Notes under the pieces: model-generated
What the model was told of the DNA's origin: nothing
What the model saw: only the letters and a program-made list of their open reading frames with translations
Databases searched by the model: none
From: Candidatus Binatia bacterium
GTDB taxonomy: Bacteria; Desulfobacterota; Binatia; Bin18
Assembly: GCA_963664395.2 (NCBI GenBank)
Contig: OY761159.2
Coordinates: 2,912,001-2,976,000 of the forward strand
Direction of reading: 5' to 3'
Length of the DNA stretch: 64,000 bases
In this document: positions 24,872-34,213 of the stretch, one piece after another
Layout: each line of letters begins with the position of its first letter
Numbering within the stretch: position 1 is the first letter of the stretch
Made by a program: the position numbers and the translations under genes

Positions 24872-25969
24872 TCAGGCTCCGTCCGTGGCCGTGAACAGAG
24901 CCAGCTGTCGCGCCTGGCCGGGCCGCCGAAAGGCTGCGGTTGACAGCTGGGGGAAGGGTCTATCCAGCCCAGCTTTGCGGCTCATCGCGGCAAACAGGTC
25001 ATGAATCGACTCGGCCAACACCCCCTCCCCCCGCATCCGTGTCTTCCAGCGTGCGTCGTTCAGCTTTCCCTGCCGCATTGAGCGAATCCGGTTCAAGACC
25101 TTGTTTTTTCGTTCGGGATAGTAATCTTCCAGCCACTGGCTGAAGAGTTCGGCCACGCCATACGGCAGTCGCACAATGGTATGCCCGGCAAATCGGGCGC
25201 CCGCCTGGGCGGCAGCCTTGAGCAGAGCCGGGATCTCGTGGTCGGTCAGGCCGGGGATGATGGGGGCGATCATCACGCCGACCGGAATGCCCGCCTCGGC
25301 CAGAGCGGCAATAGCGGCCAAGCGACGCGCTGGAGTTGAGGCGCGTGGTTCGAGATGGCGGGCCAGCTCGGCGTTAAGCGTGGTCAGCGACACAGCTACC
25401 CAGGCGGCCCGATCTTCGGCCAGTTGAGCCAGGAGGTCACAGTCGCGGGTCACCAGGGCACTCTTGGTCACAATGCAGACCGGGTTGTGATAGGCGGCCA
25501 GCACCCTGAGACAGCCCCGGGTCAGCTCAAGCTGGCGCTCAACCGGCTGGTAGGCGTCGGTGATGCCGCTGAAAAAGATCGGCTGGGGCTGCCAGGCAGG
25601 CGCGGCCAGGGCTTTGTCCAGCAGGTGGGGCGCGTCCTGTTTGACCATCAGCTTCGTTTCAAAGTCCAGGCCGGCAGAGAATCCGAGCCACTCGTGGGTC
25701 GGACGGGCGTAACAATAGACGCAGCCGTGCTCACAGCCGCGGTAGGGGTTGAGGCTGACCCGAAAGCCGACATCGGGGCTGGTGTTGTAGCTGAGGATGG
25801 TCCGCGAGGGGTCGCGTAGGAGACGGGTTTTCGGGCCGGGCTGGTCTGGGTCGGCATCCGGCATATCAGGGTCGGGTTGATAGGCGATGGTCTCGAAGCG
25901 ATTTGTCGGATTGTGGGGCGTGCCCCGCCCCTTGAGTCGGGTGGTAGGCTGTTGCATAGGACCGTCCAT
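24872..25969 (-). CDS. PA0069/Rv2578c family (SPL-like) radical SAM protein
   Basis: LNPYRGCEHGCVYCYARPTHE, TDAYQPVE, LEPRAS, APIIPGLTDHE. Confidence 0.9.
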   Translation of the reverse strand: MDGPMQQPTTRLKGRGTPHNPTNRFETIAYQPDPDMPDADPDQPGPKTRLLRDPSRTILSYNTSPDVGFRVSLNPYRGCEHGCVYCYARPTHEWLGFSAGLDFETKLMVKQDAPHLLDKALAAPAWQPQPIFFSGITDAYQPVERQLELTRGCLRVLAAYHNPVCIVTKSALVTRDCDLLAQLAEDRAAWVAVSLTTLNAELARHLEPRASTPARRLAAIAALAEAGIPVGVMIAPIIPGLTDHEIPALLKAAAQAGARFAGHTIVRLPYGVAELFSQWLEDYYPERKNKVLNRIRSMRQGKLNDARWKTRMRGEGVLAESIHDLFAAMSRKAGLDRPFPQLSTAAFRRPGQARQLALFTATDGA

Positions 25970-26171
25970 TCGACGAGAAGCTTAGCACTTTCGCTTTATT
26001 TTCGCTACCGAGGTGCTCGTATTCAGCATACGGTCAGATTAAGCAGAAGCCGCAGGCTGAGCCTAACACGCCGCCCCCTGTAACGGGCTTGGCCTGGTCC
26101 CGGAAGGCCAAAACTTGCGGAATAGATCGGCGTGATTTGGACTTGGTTCGTGTTGCTGAATCGAAGTTGTT

Positions 26172-26432
26172 TTATTCGTAGAACTCCTCGTGTTCCTCTT
26201 CAAGAATTTTATTTCCTTCCACAACGTTGGGATCGACCCCGTAGGTCCTGTAGCCTAACCGTTTGGCCTTCATCTTCACGGCGGCATAGCTCCGGCCCAC
26301 CAGGTATTCAGTCAACAAAATCAAGTTGCCGAAGGGTTTTCCGACCTCGCGTTCCGCGCCTCTCTCCTGGTTTTCTCTTACGGATTCTCGTAGTAGTTTT
26401 ATTTCTTTTTCCGTCCATCTTCTTCCGCCCAT
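26172..26432 (-). CDS. Small Myb/SANT-like helix-turn-helix protein, phage-like
   Basis: RRWTEKEIKLLRE and LVGRSYAAVKMKAKRLG pattern; ATG overlaps the upstream stop (TAATG) and has a GGAG RBS. Confidence 0.6.
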   Translation of the reverse strand: MGGRRWTEKEIKLLRESVRENQERGAEREVGKPFGNLILLTEYLVGRSYAAVKMKAKRLGYRTYGVDPNVVEGNKILEEEHEEFYE

Positions 26433-26809
26433 TAACACTCCACCGAGGAGAGATTAGCAAGAGAGAAACCACAGGAAGATCGTTTTTGATAATTGCCGCG
26501 TTCGTCAAAAGCCTTGCAGTTCAGGTCTCCCGCCTTCTCCAAGAAATCAAGACGCGCTTCGTGGCACCAATCATACCGATACTTCGTGGAGTACCAATCC
26601 CGTTCAAAAATATCCAACACATTTCTCTGCACCATCTGGCAAACTGGACTCTCACTGAGATACACCCCACGGCCAGAGGTTGCTTCACAACTGATGTCAT
26701 TTCCACAACACCAATCTGCAGGGACATCACGCTTCCAGTCTGCCTGGAGATCGAGTGCAAGAGCCAATGAAGGACAGAGCAAAAATACACCAATGATGAA
26801 AGAAAACAT
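26432..26809 (-). CDS. Small secreted Cys-rich hypothetical protein
   Basis: AAGGAG RBS, signal peptide ending ALA, 8 Cys. Confidence 0.6.
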   Translation of the reverse strand: MFSFIIGVFLLCPSLALALDLQADWKRDVPADWCCGNDISCEATSGRGVYLSESPVCQMVQRNVLDIFERDWYSTKYRYDWCHEARLDFLEKAGDLNCKAFDERGNYQKRSSCGFSLANLSSVEC

Positions 26810-26879
26810 TTCCGAGACTCCTTTCGGTTAGGGTTAAAACAACTTCGATGATGCTCATAGATGCTCATAGAAGCAGAAA

Positions 26880-26982
26880 TTAAGCCGTGGATGGAAGAAA
26901 GTAACTTTCCAATATAAGCCAAGAGGCCAGCCGCTACTAAGCGCAGAGCCCGTAAGGAATGTCCTCTTTACGGGCTTTTTTT
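26880..26982 (+). ncRNA. Putative structured small RNA resembling the tracrRNA 3' half
   Basis: Three short hairpins plus a terminator. Shares AGGC..CGCT-N4-AGCG..CAGAGCCC..GGGCTTTTTTT with the tracrRNA at 45865. 5' boundary is a guess. Confidence 0.4.
26945..26982 (+). terminator. Intrinsic terminator
   Basis: AGAGCCCGTAAG / TTTACGGGCTTT stem followed by a T-run. Confidence 0.75.
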
Positions 26983-27004
26983 GTTTTTGGGGTCTGTTGT
27001 CATC

Positions 27005-27544
27005 ATGCGAAACCTTTGGATCAGCCTGCATCTGTACGCGGCGGCGTTTTTTGCGCCGGCCCTGTTATTCGTCGCCGTTTCCGGGGGGCTCTATCTCGTT
27101 GGCATCAAGGGTACCGTGACCAGCACCCCGGTGGCCGTGCCCTCCGGTTTTGTCATTAATCCGGCTTCCGCTTCCCTTGAGGCCGACGTGCGAGCCCTGC
27201 TGCGCGATATCGGTATCACGCATGATTTTGAATACGTGAAGAAGAGCGGGAATACGCTGTACACCCGTCCGACCTCGCGTAATCACTATGAGATTTCGGT
27301 CACCGATGACTCTGTAACCGTGAAGCACAATGTCCCAGACCTGCAAAAACGTCTGATCGAACTCCACAAGGGGCACGGTCCGCTGTGGTTCAAGGATTTC
27401 CAGAAGATTCTGGCGGTTGGCGTATTGTTTATTGTCTTCAGCGGGTTATGGCTGGGGCTGTCTAGCGCGGGGCTGCGGGCCAGAACCATCGCCACCAGTG
27501 TCGTCGGTCTGGCCGTTTGTCTGATTCTGGCCTTTGTCGTGTAG
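27005..27544 (+). CDS. PepSY-associated TM domain protein
   Basis: LHLYAAAFF..VSGGL at the N-terminus; ELHKGH and FSGLWL at the C-terminus. Confidence 0.75.
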   Translation: MRNLWISLHLYAAAFFAPALLFVAVSGGLYLVGIKGTVTSTPVAVPSGFVINPASASLEADVRALLRDIGITHDFEYVKKSGNTLYTRPTSRNHYEISVTDDSVTVKHNVPDLQKRLIELHKGHGPLWFKDFQKILAVGVLFIVFSGLWLGLSSAGLRARTIATSVVGLAVCLILAFVV

Positions 27545-27624
27545 GTGAGTCGGGCTAGATTGGTTCGTGACGGACTGAGAAGGGTCGCCTATTTGAGGTG
27601 CGAAACCGGGTAAGGAGATGATAC

Positions 27625-27993
27625 GTGGCAGTTCAATGCCCAAGACTGATTGCCAAGGAAGCGGTAGCGCTCGTCGCCGGCTGCCTTCTATGGACAAGCG
27701 CTGGCCCTGTGGTGCATGCACAAGACGAGGAACCACCTACATTGCTGGATAAGATCACGATATCCTCTTACGCCACCCGCAGCCCGCAACCGACGTTTGA
27801 TGTCCCGGCGCTTATCTCTCAGGTAGAGACGGATGCTCCAGGCAACGCCCTGGCCGGTGATGTGGCGGATCTGCTGGAATTCACACCGGGCGTAGAAGTG
27901 GATAACGGCCCGCGGCGGAACGGACAGACGATCTCCATCCGTGGTTTTGACGATGAGGCGATCATTACGCTCATTGATGGTCGCCGCCAGAAC
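27625..27993 (+). pseudogene. 5' fragment of a TonB-dependent (heme-type) receptor, partial plug only
   Basis: Signal peptide, TonB-box-like DKITIS, TPGVEVDNGPRRNGQTISIRGF..LIDGRRQN, then an abrupt run into palindromic repeats. Confidence 0.8.
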
Positions 27994-28004
27994 TGCGAGA
28001 GGAT

Positions 28005-28243
28005 GATGCATGGGATGCACCCTACGGTTCTGGAGCGCCGCTCACCACATGAGCGCCGTGTGCAGATTGTAGCGGGCGGGGCGCCCAAGGACCGGAGCCC
28101 AGGGGCGCACGCCGCAGGCGGAAGTCCAGGAGGGCTGAGCGCCGGCCCTCCTCGGACGCTACACTACGGTGTAATTTGTTCTAGCCGCAGGCGTAACCCG
28201 ACAGCTCGTCCTTGTCGGATTACGCTCCGCTAATCCGACCTAC
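28005..28243. repeat. Cluster of GTAG-type REP-like palindromes
   Basis: GATGCATGGGATGCACCCTAC (28005-28025), a GTAGCG...CGCTAC-bounded unit, and GTCGGATTACGCTCCGCTAATCCGACCTAC (28214-28243). Confidence 0.7.
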
Positions 28244-28301
28244 TTACGCAATTGCTTTTCGAGCTTCGAGCGAGATGTTTCCGGTCCGTGTCGCCGGGCG
28301 A

Positions 28302-28628
28302 TTACGCGTCGAGTAAGCGCCGGCTCAAAAGGGTGCGCATATCCCTGCGGCCATCCACAATCAGATAGACATAGACCCTTTTGGCCTGAATGCGGTAAAT
28401 GATGCGGTAGGGTTTGAAGAATATCTCTCTATACTCCCGCATGCCGAGCTTGAGCAGCTCGCTTGGATACGAGCCGCGCTGCGGCATGGCGCACAGGCTG
28501 AGAAACGTCTCTTCTATCTTGCGCAGAACGTCCTCAGCCACCTGCGGTGAGTTGGCAGCCGTCAGGTAATCGTCGATTTTCTCAAGGTCGCGCAAGGCGT
28601 CATCGGTCAGAAAAACCGTGTATTTCAT
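28302..28628 (-). CDS. RelE/ParE family toxin
   Basis: ALRDLEKIDDYL, YREIFFKPYRIIYRI, DGRRDM; ATGA overlap with the antitoxin. Confidence 0.9.
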   Translation of the reverse strand: MKYTVFLTDDALRDLEKIDDYLTAANSPQVAEDVLRKIEETFLSLCAMPQRGSYPSELLKLGMREYREIFFKPYRIIYRIQAKRVYVYLIVDGRRDMRTLLSRRLLDA

Positions 28629-28903
28629 ACACGCTGTTTCCGTCGCCGACGAATATGACGGATGGACGATTCCAGGGAGGTCACCTTTTTCTGTTCGATC
28701 TGACTATTGCCGAGCGCCAGGATTTTGAGCAGAGCGAGCGTTTCCTCGGTCAGTTCGTAGCTTTCAATGTCCTGCACCACGAGCTTGGCTTCGCCATTCT
28801 GCGTGATGATCATGGGTTGCTTGTGCTCGTTCAGTTGGCGAACGATGTCGGCGGTATGAGCCTTGAGGTAGCTGATGGGCTTTATCTGCGAAGACAGATT
28901 CAT
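28625..28903 (-). CDS. Phd/YefM family antitoxin
   Basis: IKPISYLKAH, IITQNGEAKLVVQD. Confidence 0.9.
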   Translation of the reverse strand: MNLSSQIKPISYLKAHTADIVRQLNEHKQPMIITQNGEAKLVVQDIESYELTEETLALLKILALGNSQIEQKKVTSLESSIRHIRRRRKQRV

Positions 28904-28935
28904 GGTAGAGTCCTTGGCGGCCGGCGTTAGGAACG

Positions 28936-28969
28936 TCCGAATATGGTCTGAATTCAGTCTTTTTGTCAA
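28936..28969 (-). promoter_or_regulatory. Toxin-antitoxin promoter with palindromic operator
   Basis: TTGACA-18-CATATT with palindrome CTGAATTCAG in the spacer and an adjacent imperfect copy CCGAATATGG. Confidence 0.6.
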
Positions 28970-29001
28970 GACTTGTCCGCCACCCGCACGCTGTGAGCAA
29001 C

Positions 29002-29033
29002 AAAAAGGGCGGGTACTTGGTACCCGCCCTTAA
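29002..29033 (-). terminator. Intrinsic terminator of hppA
   Basis: AAGGGCGGGTAC / GTACCCGCCCTT stem with T-run on the minus strand. Confidence 0.8.
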
Positions 29034-29056
29034 ATGCGTACCAGTACAAACGCCGG

Positions 29057-31111
29057 CTAGACCAGCAGCGGGGCGATCACCAGCGCCACGACCGACATCA
29101 GCTTGATCAGAATGTTCAGCGACGGGCCGGAGGTGTCTTTGAGCGGGTCGCCGACCGTGTCGCCGACCACCGCGGCTTTGTGGGCTTCCGAGCCTTTGCC
29201 CTCACCCTCGATACCGCCCTGTTCAATCGCTTTCTTCGCATTGTCCCAGACGCCGCCGGCATTGGCCATGAAAAGAGCAAGCAGAACGCCTGTTACCGTT
29301 GCGCCGGCCAGCATGCCGCCCAGGGTCGCCGCGCCGAGAGCCAGACCCACCACGACCGGAGCGATAACCGCGGTCAGACCGGGGAGAATCATTTCCTTGA
29401 GCGCCGCCGCGGTTGAAATGTCCACACAGCGGGCCGCGTCCGGTCTGACGCCTTCCTTGCCTTCAAGCAGGCCGGGGATTTCGCGGAACTGGCGCCGGAT
29501 TTCATCCACCATCCGTCCGGCTGCACGTCCGACAGCCGTCATGGTCAGGGCGCCAATGAGGAACGGCAGAATGCCGCCAAGGAGGAGGCCAATCATCACC
29601 AGGGGATCAGTCACAAGGATTTGCAGAGGTTCCAGATTGGCCGCCAGTCGGCTTTGGTCAACGGTTTGGGTAAATGCTGCGAACAGGGCGAGTGCGGTGA
29701 GCGCAGCAGAACCAATGGCAAAACCCTTGCCGATAGCGGCAGTTGTATTGCCCAACGCATCTAATCCATCAGTGATCTTGCGGACTTCGGGACCGAGTTG
29801 GGCCATTTCGGAAATACCGCCGGCATTGTCTGCAATCGGGCCGTAGGCGTCCACAGTCATCGTCACGCCGACGGTGGCCAACATGCCGACTCCGGCAATC
29901 CCAATGCCATACAGGCCGGCAAAGTGGTTGGCAATAAAGATGGCGAGGCATATCGCCAGGACGGGCAGGGCACAGCTTTCCAAGCCGACTGCCAGACCAT
30001 GGATGATATTTGTGGCGGAGCCGGTCTTGCTGGCCTCAGCAACCCGGGTCACTGGTGCAGCCGAGGTATAATATTCCGTGATCAGACCAATCCCGATTCC
30101 TACGATGCAGCCAGCCGTAACGGCCCAGAAAATTCCAGTCGCGACAGGGAAGACGAGAACAAGAATGAGTGCTGCCACAATGAACACTCCGGCCGCAATA
30201 AAGGTTGAATACCGAAGCGCATTCTGTGGCCCTGAGTTTTTCAGGGCCTTCATTGAGAAGATGCCGAGAAAGGAGGCCAGGAGGCCAACGGCTGCCATAC
30301 TCAGGGGCAGGGCCATTAAAGCGCTCCGTAACGTGTCTTCTGCAACGCCTTCATTCCCCAGCGCTGTTAATGACATTCCGTGGGCTGTGGCGCCAATCGC
30401 GATGGTCGCGATAATCGACCCGACATAGGATTCGAAAATATCCGCACCCATGCCGGCCACGTCACCAACGTTGTCGCCCACGTTGTCAGCAATGACACCA
30501 GGGTTGCGCGGGTCGTCCTCGGGAATACCGGCCTCAATTTTTCCGACCAGGTCACTGCCGACATCAGCAGCTTTGGTGTAAATGCCACCGCCGACCCGAG
30601 CAAACAGCGCAATGGAGCTGGCACCCATGGCAAAACCACTGATATATCTTGAGGTTCCCGGGTCGGAGTACAAGCCAAGAAAAATACCCACACCAAGCAA
30701 ACCCAGGCTTGCGACTGCGAGGCCCATCACCGCGCCACCATTGAAAGCGACCAGCAGAGCGGCCCCTTCGCCTTCTGCCATGGCCGCCTGTGAAGTACGG
30801 ACATTCGCCTTTGTGGCCGACTGCATACCCAGATAGCCGGCCAGCACGGAACAACTCGCACCAGCAAGAAAGGCAACGCCTGTTTCAACAGCGACTTTCC
30901 AAACCAGCAGGCCAAAGACAACTAAGACAAAGATGCTCAAAATCTGGTATTCACGCTTGAGGAAGGCCATTGCGCCTTCATAGATAGAATCGGCAATCTC
31001 CTGCATGCGTTCATTACCGGCAGGTTGCCTGGAGACCGACCTAAAGATATTGAACGCCACGGCGAGCCCGACAAGGCCGAGAACCACCGCAATCGCGGAA
31101 TTGTATATCAT
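29057..31111 (-). CDS. hppA: Membrane-integral pyrophosphatase, K+-dependent type (probably Na+-translocating)
   Basis: [36 protein letters not shown] has Ala at the K+-dependence position. Confidence 0.95.
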   Translation of the reverse strand: MIYNSAIAVVLGLVGLAVAFNIFRSVSRQPAGNERMQEIADSIYEGAMAFLKREYQILSIFVLVVFGLLVWKVAVETGVAFLAGASCSVLAGYLGMQSATKANVRTSQAAMAEGEGAALLVAFNGGAVMGLAVASLGLLGVGIFLGLYSDPGTSRYISGFAMGASSIALFARVGGGIYTKAADVGSDLVGKIEAGIPEDDPRNPGVIADNVGDNVGDVAGMGADIFESYVGSIIATIAIGATAHGMSLTALGNEGVAEDTLRSALMALPLSMAAVGLLASFLGIFSMKALKNSGPQNALRYSTFIAAGVFIVAALILVLVFPVATGIFWAVTAGCIVGIGIGLITEYYTSAAPVTRVAEASKTGSATNIIHGLAVGLESCALPVLAICLAIFIANHFAGLYGIGIAGVGMLATVGVTMTVDAYGPIADNAGGISEMAQLGPEVRKITDGLDALGNTTAAIGKGFAIGSAALTALALFAAFTQTVDQSRLAANLEPLQILVTDPLVMIGLLLGGILPFLIGALTMTAVGRAAGRMVDEIRRQFREIPGLLEGKEGVRPDAARCVDISTAAALKEMILPGLTAVIAPVVVGLALGAATLGGMLAGATVTGVLLALFMANAGGVWDNAKKAIEQGGIEGEGKGSEAHKAAVVGDTVGDPLKDTSGPSLNILIKLMSVVALVIAPLLV

Positions 31112-31494
31112 TTTTCTCTTTTCCTCCTCGCACCTAGGAATACTGGATTGCTGCCCTCCACGGGGCATGGACGCACGAGGGCCACACCCGGAGCGACACG
31201 CGGGGAAGATAAACGCTTCTGCGAAAAGAGTAAAGGGCCGCACGTATGAAAAACGTGTGACAAAGAGATCAGAAATGCTGATGCAAACCAGAAAATATCT
31301 ATCAGGTGGCCTTCTTTACTCTCTCATCCGGCTGCCAGGTCAGGCGCGGTTTGCTCTGTAGATGCCTGCTTTCGAGCCGGATGAAACTCTCCCTTCGGAT
31401 AGCGTGAAGGAGACGGCGATGCGACCGGTGCGGGATGTTTCAAAAGAAGAGAATTACCGCGTCCAGGTGATTGGGCCGGGGATGACAGATCTGG

Positions 31495-32301
31495 CTACAT
31501 CTTCCGCAAACGTCCCTCGGGATCGACCCGGGTGCGCAGCACGTGCAGCTCTTCCTGGGTTGGCGTTGGGGTGGTTGGGGTCTGGCGTGGCATTTTGAGG
31601 GCAAAGCCGGTTTTGGATCGGACCTCTTCTTCCGTCACACCTGGATGTAATGAGTGCAGCCGCATATGCTTATCTTCTTCGTCAAAATCCATGACGCACA
31701 GCGGGGTGACACAATACTTGGGTCCTCCGCCGGGCAGCCCCAGTTTCTTGCGGGCATCCGCCCCGCCGTCGCCCCAGCCATAGGTGCTCATATAATCGCA
31801 GCGCTCAACCAGAATTCGCGGCGAGTGGGCATTAAGGACGATATAATAGCGGCCCACGTGGGTGCTGAGTGTCGGCGTCCCAACCGAACCTGGGCCACGA
31901 AAGCGGAGTGTGGCATAGTCCGGCCCCACGCCGATCAGGTTGGTATTGCCGTGCGGGTCAACCTGGACCCCGCCAATAAAAAAGACGCGCTTATGCCAGT
32001 GCTTGACATCCTCGAAACGATGGCCCGTATCGCTGAACGACTCAGCCCAGCGCACCACCCGGCTATCCCAGGCAAAGGCCGGCATGGGGAGCGTATGCCG
32101 GTCAGCCACATTCATGCGGGTCCCAAAGAAAATCAATTCCATATTGGGACCGTGCAGCAGATGGGCCAGGCGCACCGCGGCTTCAACAATGGGCATGGCC
32201 ACCCCGACCATTAAATGTTCTGTGTCTTTCAAGTCGCGGGCAAGAAAAACGGCCATAAGCTCTTGAGCGGAAACATCTTGGGCAGAAACATCGCTCGGCA
32301 T
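31495..32301 (-). CDS. CoA transferase beta subunit (glutaconate CoA-transferase-like)
   Basis: FIGGVQVDPHGNTNL, GPGSVG, LHSLHPGVT. Confidence 0.85.
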   Translation of the reverse strand: MPSDVSAQDVSAQELMAVFLARDLKDTEHLMVGVAMPIVEAAVRLAHLLHGPNMELIFFGTRMNVADRHTLPMPAFAWDSRVVRWAESFSDTGHRFEDVKHWHKRVFFIGGVQVDPHGNTNLIGVGPDYATLRFRGPGSVGTPTLSTHVGRYYIVLNAHSPRILVERCDYMSTYGWGDGGADARKKLGLPGGGPKYCVTPLCVMDFDEEDKHMRLHSLHPGVTEEEVRSKTGFALKMPRQTPTTPTPTQEELHVLRTRVDPEGRLRKM

Positions 32302-32323
32302 AGTTTTTTCCTTGGGGGTTTAA

Positions 32324-33199
32324 TTAGTACTCGTGCAGTTCCAGCAGCCGCCGGATACCGATCTGTTCCAGATAGTCGGCATGGGTTTCCGGCCCTTGGC
32401 AGTAGCGGGCGAAATACGCGTGCAGGGCTTCGGGGTCGCCTTTGGCCGCAGCCGTTGAGGCGTCCAGATAGCCTTTGAGATGGGCGTTGTCCTGGATGTA
32501 ATAGCCCCGGCTATAGAACGGATGGGCGCCGTAGGGGACGCGCACGATGGCATCGGCGCCGGCAATCGTTGTCGCCCACGGGTCCTTGCGGATTTCCTCG
32601 TTGGCCACGATTTTTTCCACCTGGACAATGGTGTGGTCCGCGGCGCGCTGCATAAACAGATCAATCCAGCCCGGTCCGCCAACGTGCTGGACATTGCCAT
32701 ACGCGTCAGAAACGGCCGCGTGTAAAATTGTCACGTCGGGCTTGATTGGCGGGACGGCCAGCAAGGTCTCGCCCTGAATCGGGTCGGTAAAGACCTTGAG
32801 GTCCGGGTTGACTTCGGGCAGGGAAGTCCCGACGCCGCCGCGCCACGGCAGGAAGGGCAGGCCCTGGGCCGCCGCCTGGAGGCCCGAGGTCAGGATGCCT
32901 TCTTCACATTCCCAGACTTCGATTTCGCCGCGCTCTGCCGCGCGGCGAAAGGCCGGTGCGACTGGCACCCCAAAACCTCCACCGGCGTAATAACTGACCA
33001 CTTTTTTGACGCAACCGGCGGCAATGAGCATGTCCAATGACAGGCCGACATCAACAACGGTCAGGTCCTTCAGGCCGCGCCGGATTATCTGATGCACAAG
33101 GGCCATCGGGGTAGGGGAGCCTACGGCAATCGTCATGCCGTCTTCGATCCGGCTGGCTGCTTCAACTTCATCAATAACGTGAGAGGTGCGTGATTCCAC
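32324..33199 (-). CDS. CoA transferase alpha subunit
   Basis: IEDGMTIAVG, AAAQGLPFLP, PDVTILHA..SDAYGN. GTG start at 33199 with AAGGA RBS. Confidence 0.85.
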   Translation of the reverse strand: MESRTSHVIDEVEAASRIEDGMTIAVGSPTPMALVHQIIRRGLKDLTVVDVGLSLDMLIAAGCVKKVVSYYAGGGFGVPVAPAFRRAAERGEIEVWECEEGILTSGLQAAAQGLPFLPWRGGVGTSLPEVNPDLKVFTDPIQGETLLAVPPIKPDVTILHAAVSDAYGNVQHVGGPGWIDLFMQRAADHTIVQVEKIVANEEIRKDPWATTIAGADAIVRVPYGAHPFYSRGYYIQDNAHLKGYLDASTAAAKGDPEALHAYFARYCQGPETHADYLEQIGIRRLLELHEY

Positions 33200-33211
33200 G
33201 AGTATTCCTTC

Positions 33212-33235
33212 CCTTCGACTAGGCTCAGGACAGGC
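33212..33235. repeat. Short dispersed palindromic repeat (CTTCGAC..GCTCAGGACAGG type)
   Basis: CCTTCGACTAGGCTCAGGACAGGC resembles a widespread REP/MITE-like unit, recognised from memory. Only one copy seen in the window. Confidence 0.55.
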
Positions 33236-33377
33236 CTGATGCTTGATATACGCCCGTGTGTACTCCCTTGGCAATGGTCTACGAAGGGTTGTGATTTACG
33301 GACAGACCCTGGTGGGTTACACTTAGTGACCAAGGTCAGGCCGCTTGCAGGCCGCGGGTGAATAGGAGGAATGCACT

Positions 33378-33785
33378 ATGGCAAAGACCGTACGGGACAT
33401 TATGAGCGCCGAGGTGACCACGCTGGGCCGGAACGACACGCTGCTGCTGGCAAAGGATATCATGAACCTGGGCCGCGTCCGGCACTTTCCGGTCGTCGAG
33501 GACGACGAACTGGTCGGGGTGGTCAGTCAGCGCGATCTGTACCGGGCCTCGCTCGGTACGGTCATGCAATATGGAGAAAAGGCCCAGCGCGCCTTTCTGG
33601 AAAGCGTCGCGGTCAAGGAGGTCATGGCCGATCCGATTTCCATCAGCCCGGACGCAACGGTCCGGGACGCCGCCCGGCTGATGATGGAGCACAAAATTGG
33701 CTGCCTGCCCGTGTTGGAGGACAGCCGGCTGGTCGGCATTGTGACCGAGACCGATATGCTGCAAGTCGTGGTGGATATGGCCTGA
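33378..33785 (+). CDS. CBS domain pair protein
   Basis: VRDIMS, HFPVV..LVGVVSQRD, IGCLPV..LVGIVTETD; GGAGG RBS. Confidence 0.92.
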   Translation: MAKTVRDIMSAEVTTLGRNDTLLLAKDIMNLGRVRHFPVVEDDELVGVVSQRDLYRASLGTVMQYGEKAQRAFLESVAVKEVMADPISISPDATVRDAARLMMEHKIGCLPVLEDSRLVGIVTETDMLQVVVDMA

Positions 33786-33861
33786 GGGCTACCGTGTTGC
33801 ACCCGGTGCGACAGAACGACACTACCGGAGGAAGCGATCACAACCGCAAGGAGGAGACCGC

Positions 33862-34209
33862 ATGGAAGACAAAGACCGTCTGGGAACCAAGCTGCAACAA
33901 AAGGAGCGGGCCGAGGAAAGCCACTACTTTGCAGAGCGCGACCGTGAGTTGATCGGCAAGCTGAAGGGGCAACGCGAGGCCGAGCACGAGGCCACGGTGC
34001 GTGAGCTGGCCCTGAACCGCTGCCCCAGGTGCGGGGTGCGGCTGACCACGCGGCTGATCGACGAGGTCGAGATCGACGAATGCGATCAGTGTCAGGGCAT
34101 GTGGCTCGACAAGGGCGAACTGGAAGCCATGTCCAAGCAGAAGGGCAGTCACTGGGTCAAGCAGTTCTTCGACGGCATGGGCCATATCCTGACCGGCCCC
34201 AAAAGCTAG
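33862..34209 (+). CDS. zf-TFIIB Zn-ribbon protein with charged N-terminal helix
   Basis: CPRC...IDECDQCQGMWLDKGELE. Confidence 0.85.
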   Translation: MEDKDRLGTKLQQKERAEESHYFAERDRELIGKLKGQREAEHEATVRELALNRCPRCGVRLTTRLIDEVEIDECDQCQGMWLDKGELEAMSKQKGSHWVKQFFDGMGHILTGPKS

Positions 34210-34213
34210 CCGA

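Noticed and set aside
26132-26770. 212 aa plus-strand ORF in the islet
   Set aside because: No RBS or motif; the minus-strand pair has RBSs, a signal peptide and translational coupling.
27994-28233. C-terminal part of the 202 aa ORF as real protein
   Set aside because: Readthrough into REP-like palindromes after the truncation point.
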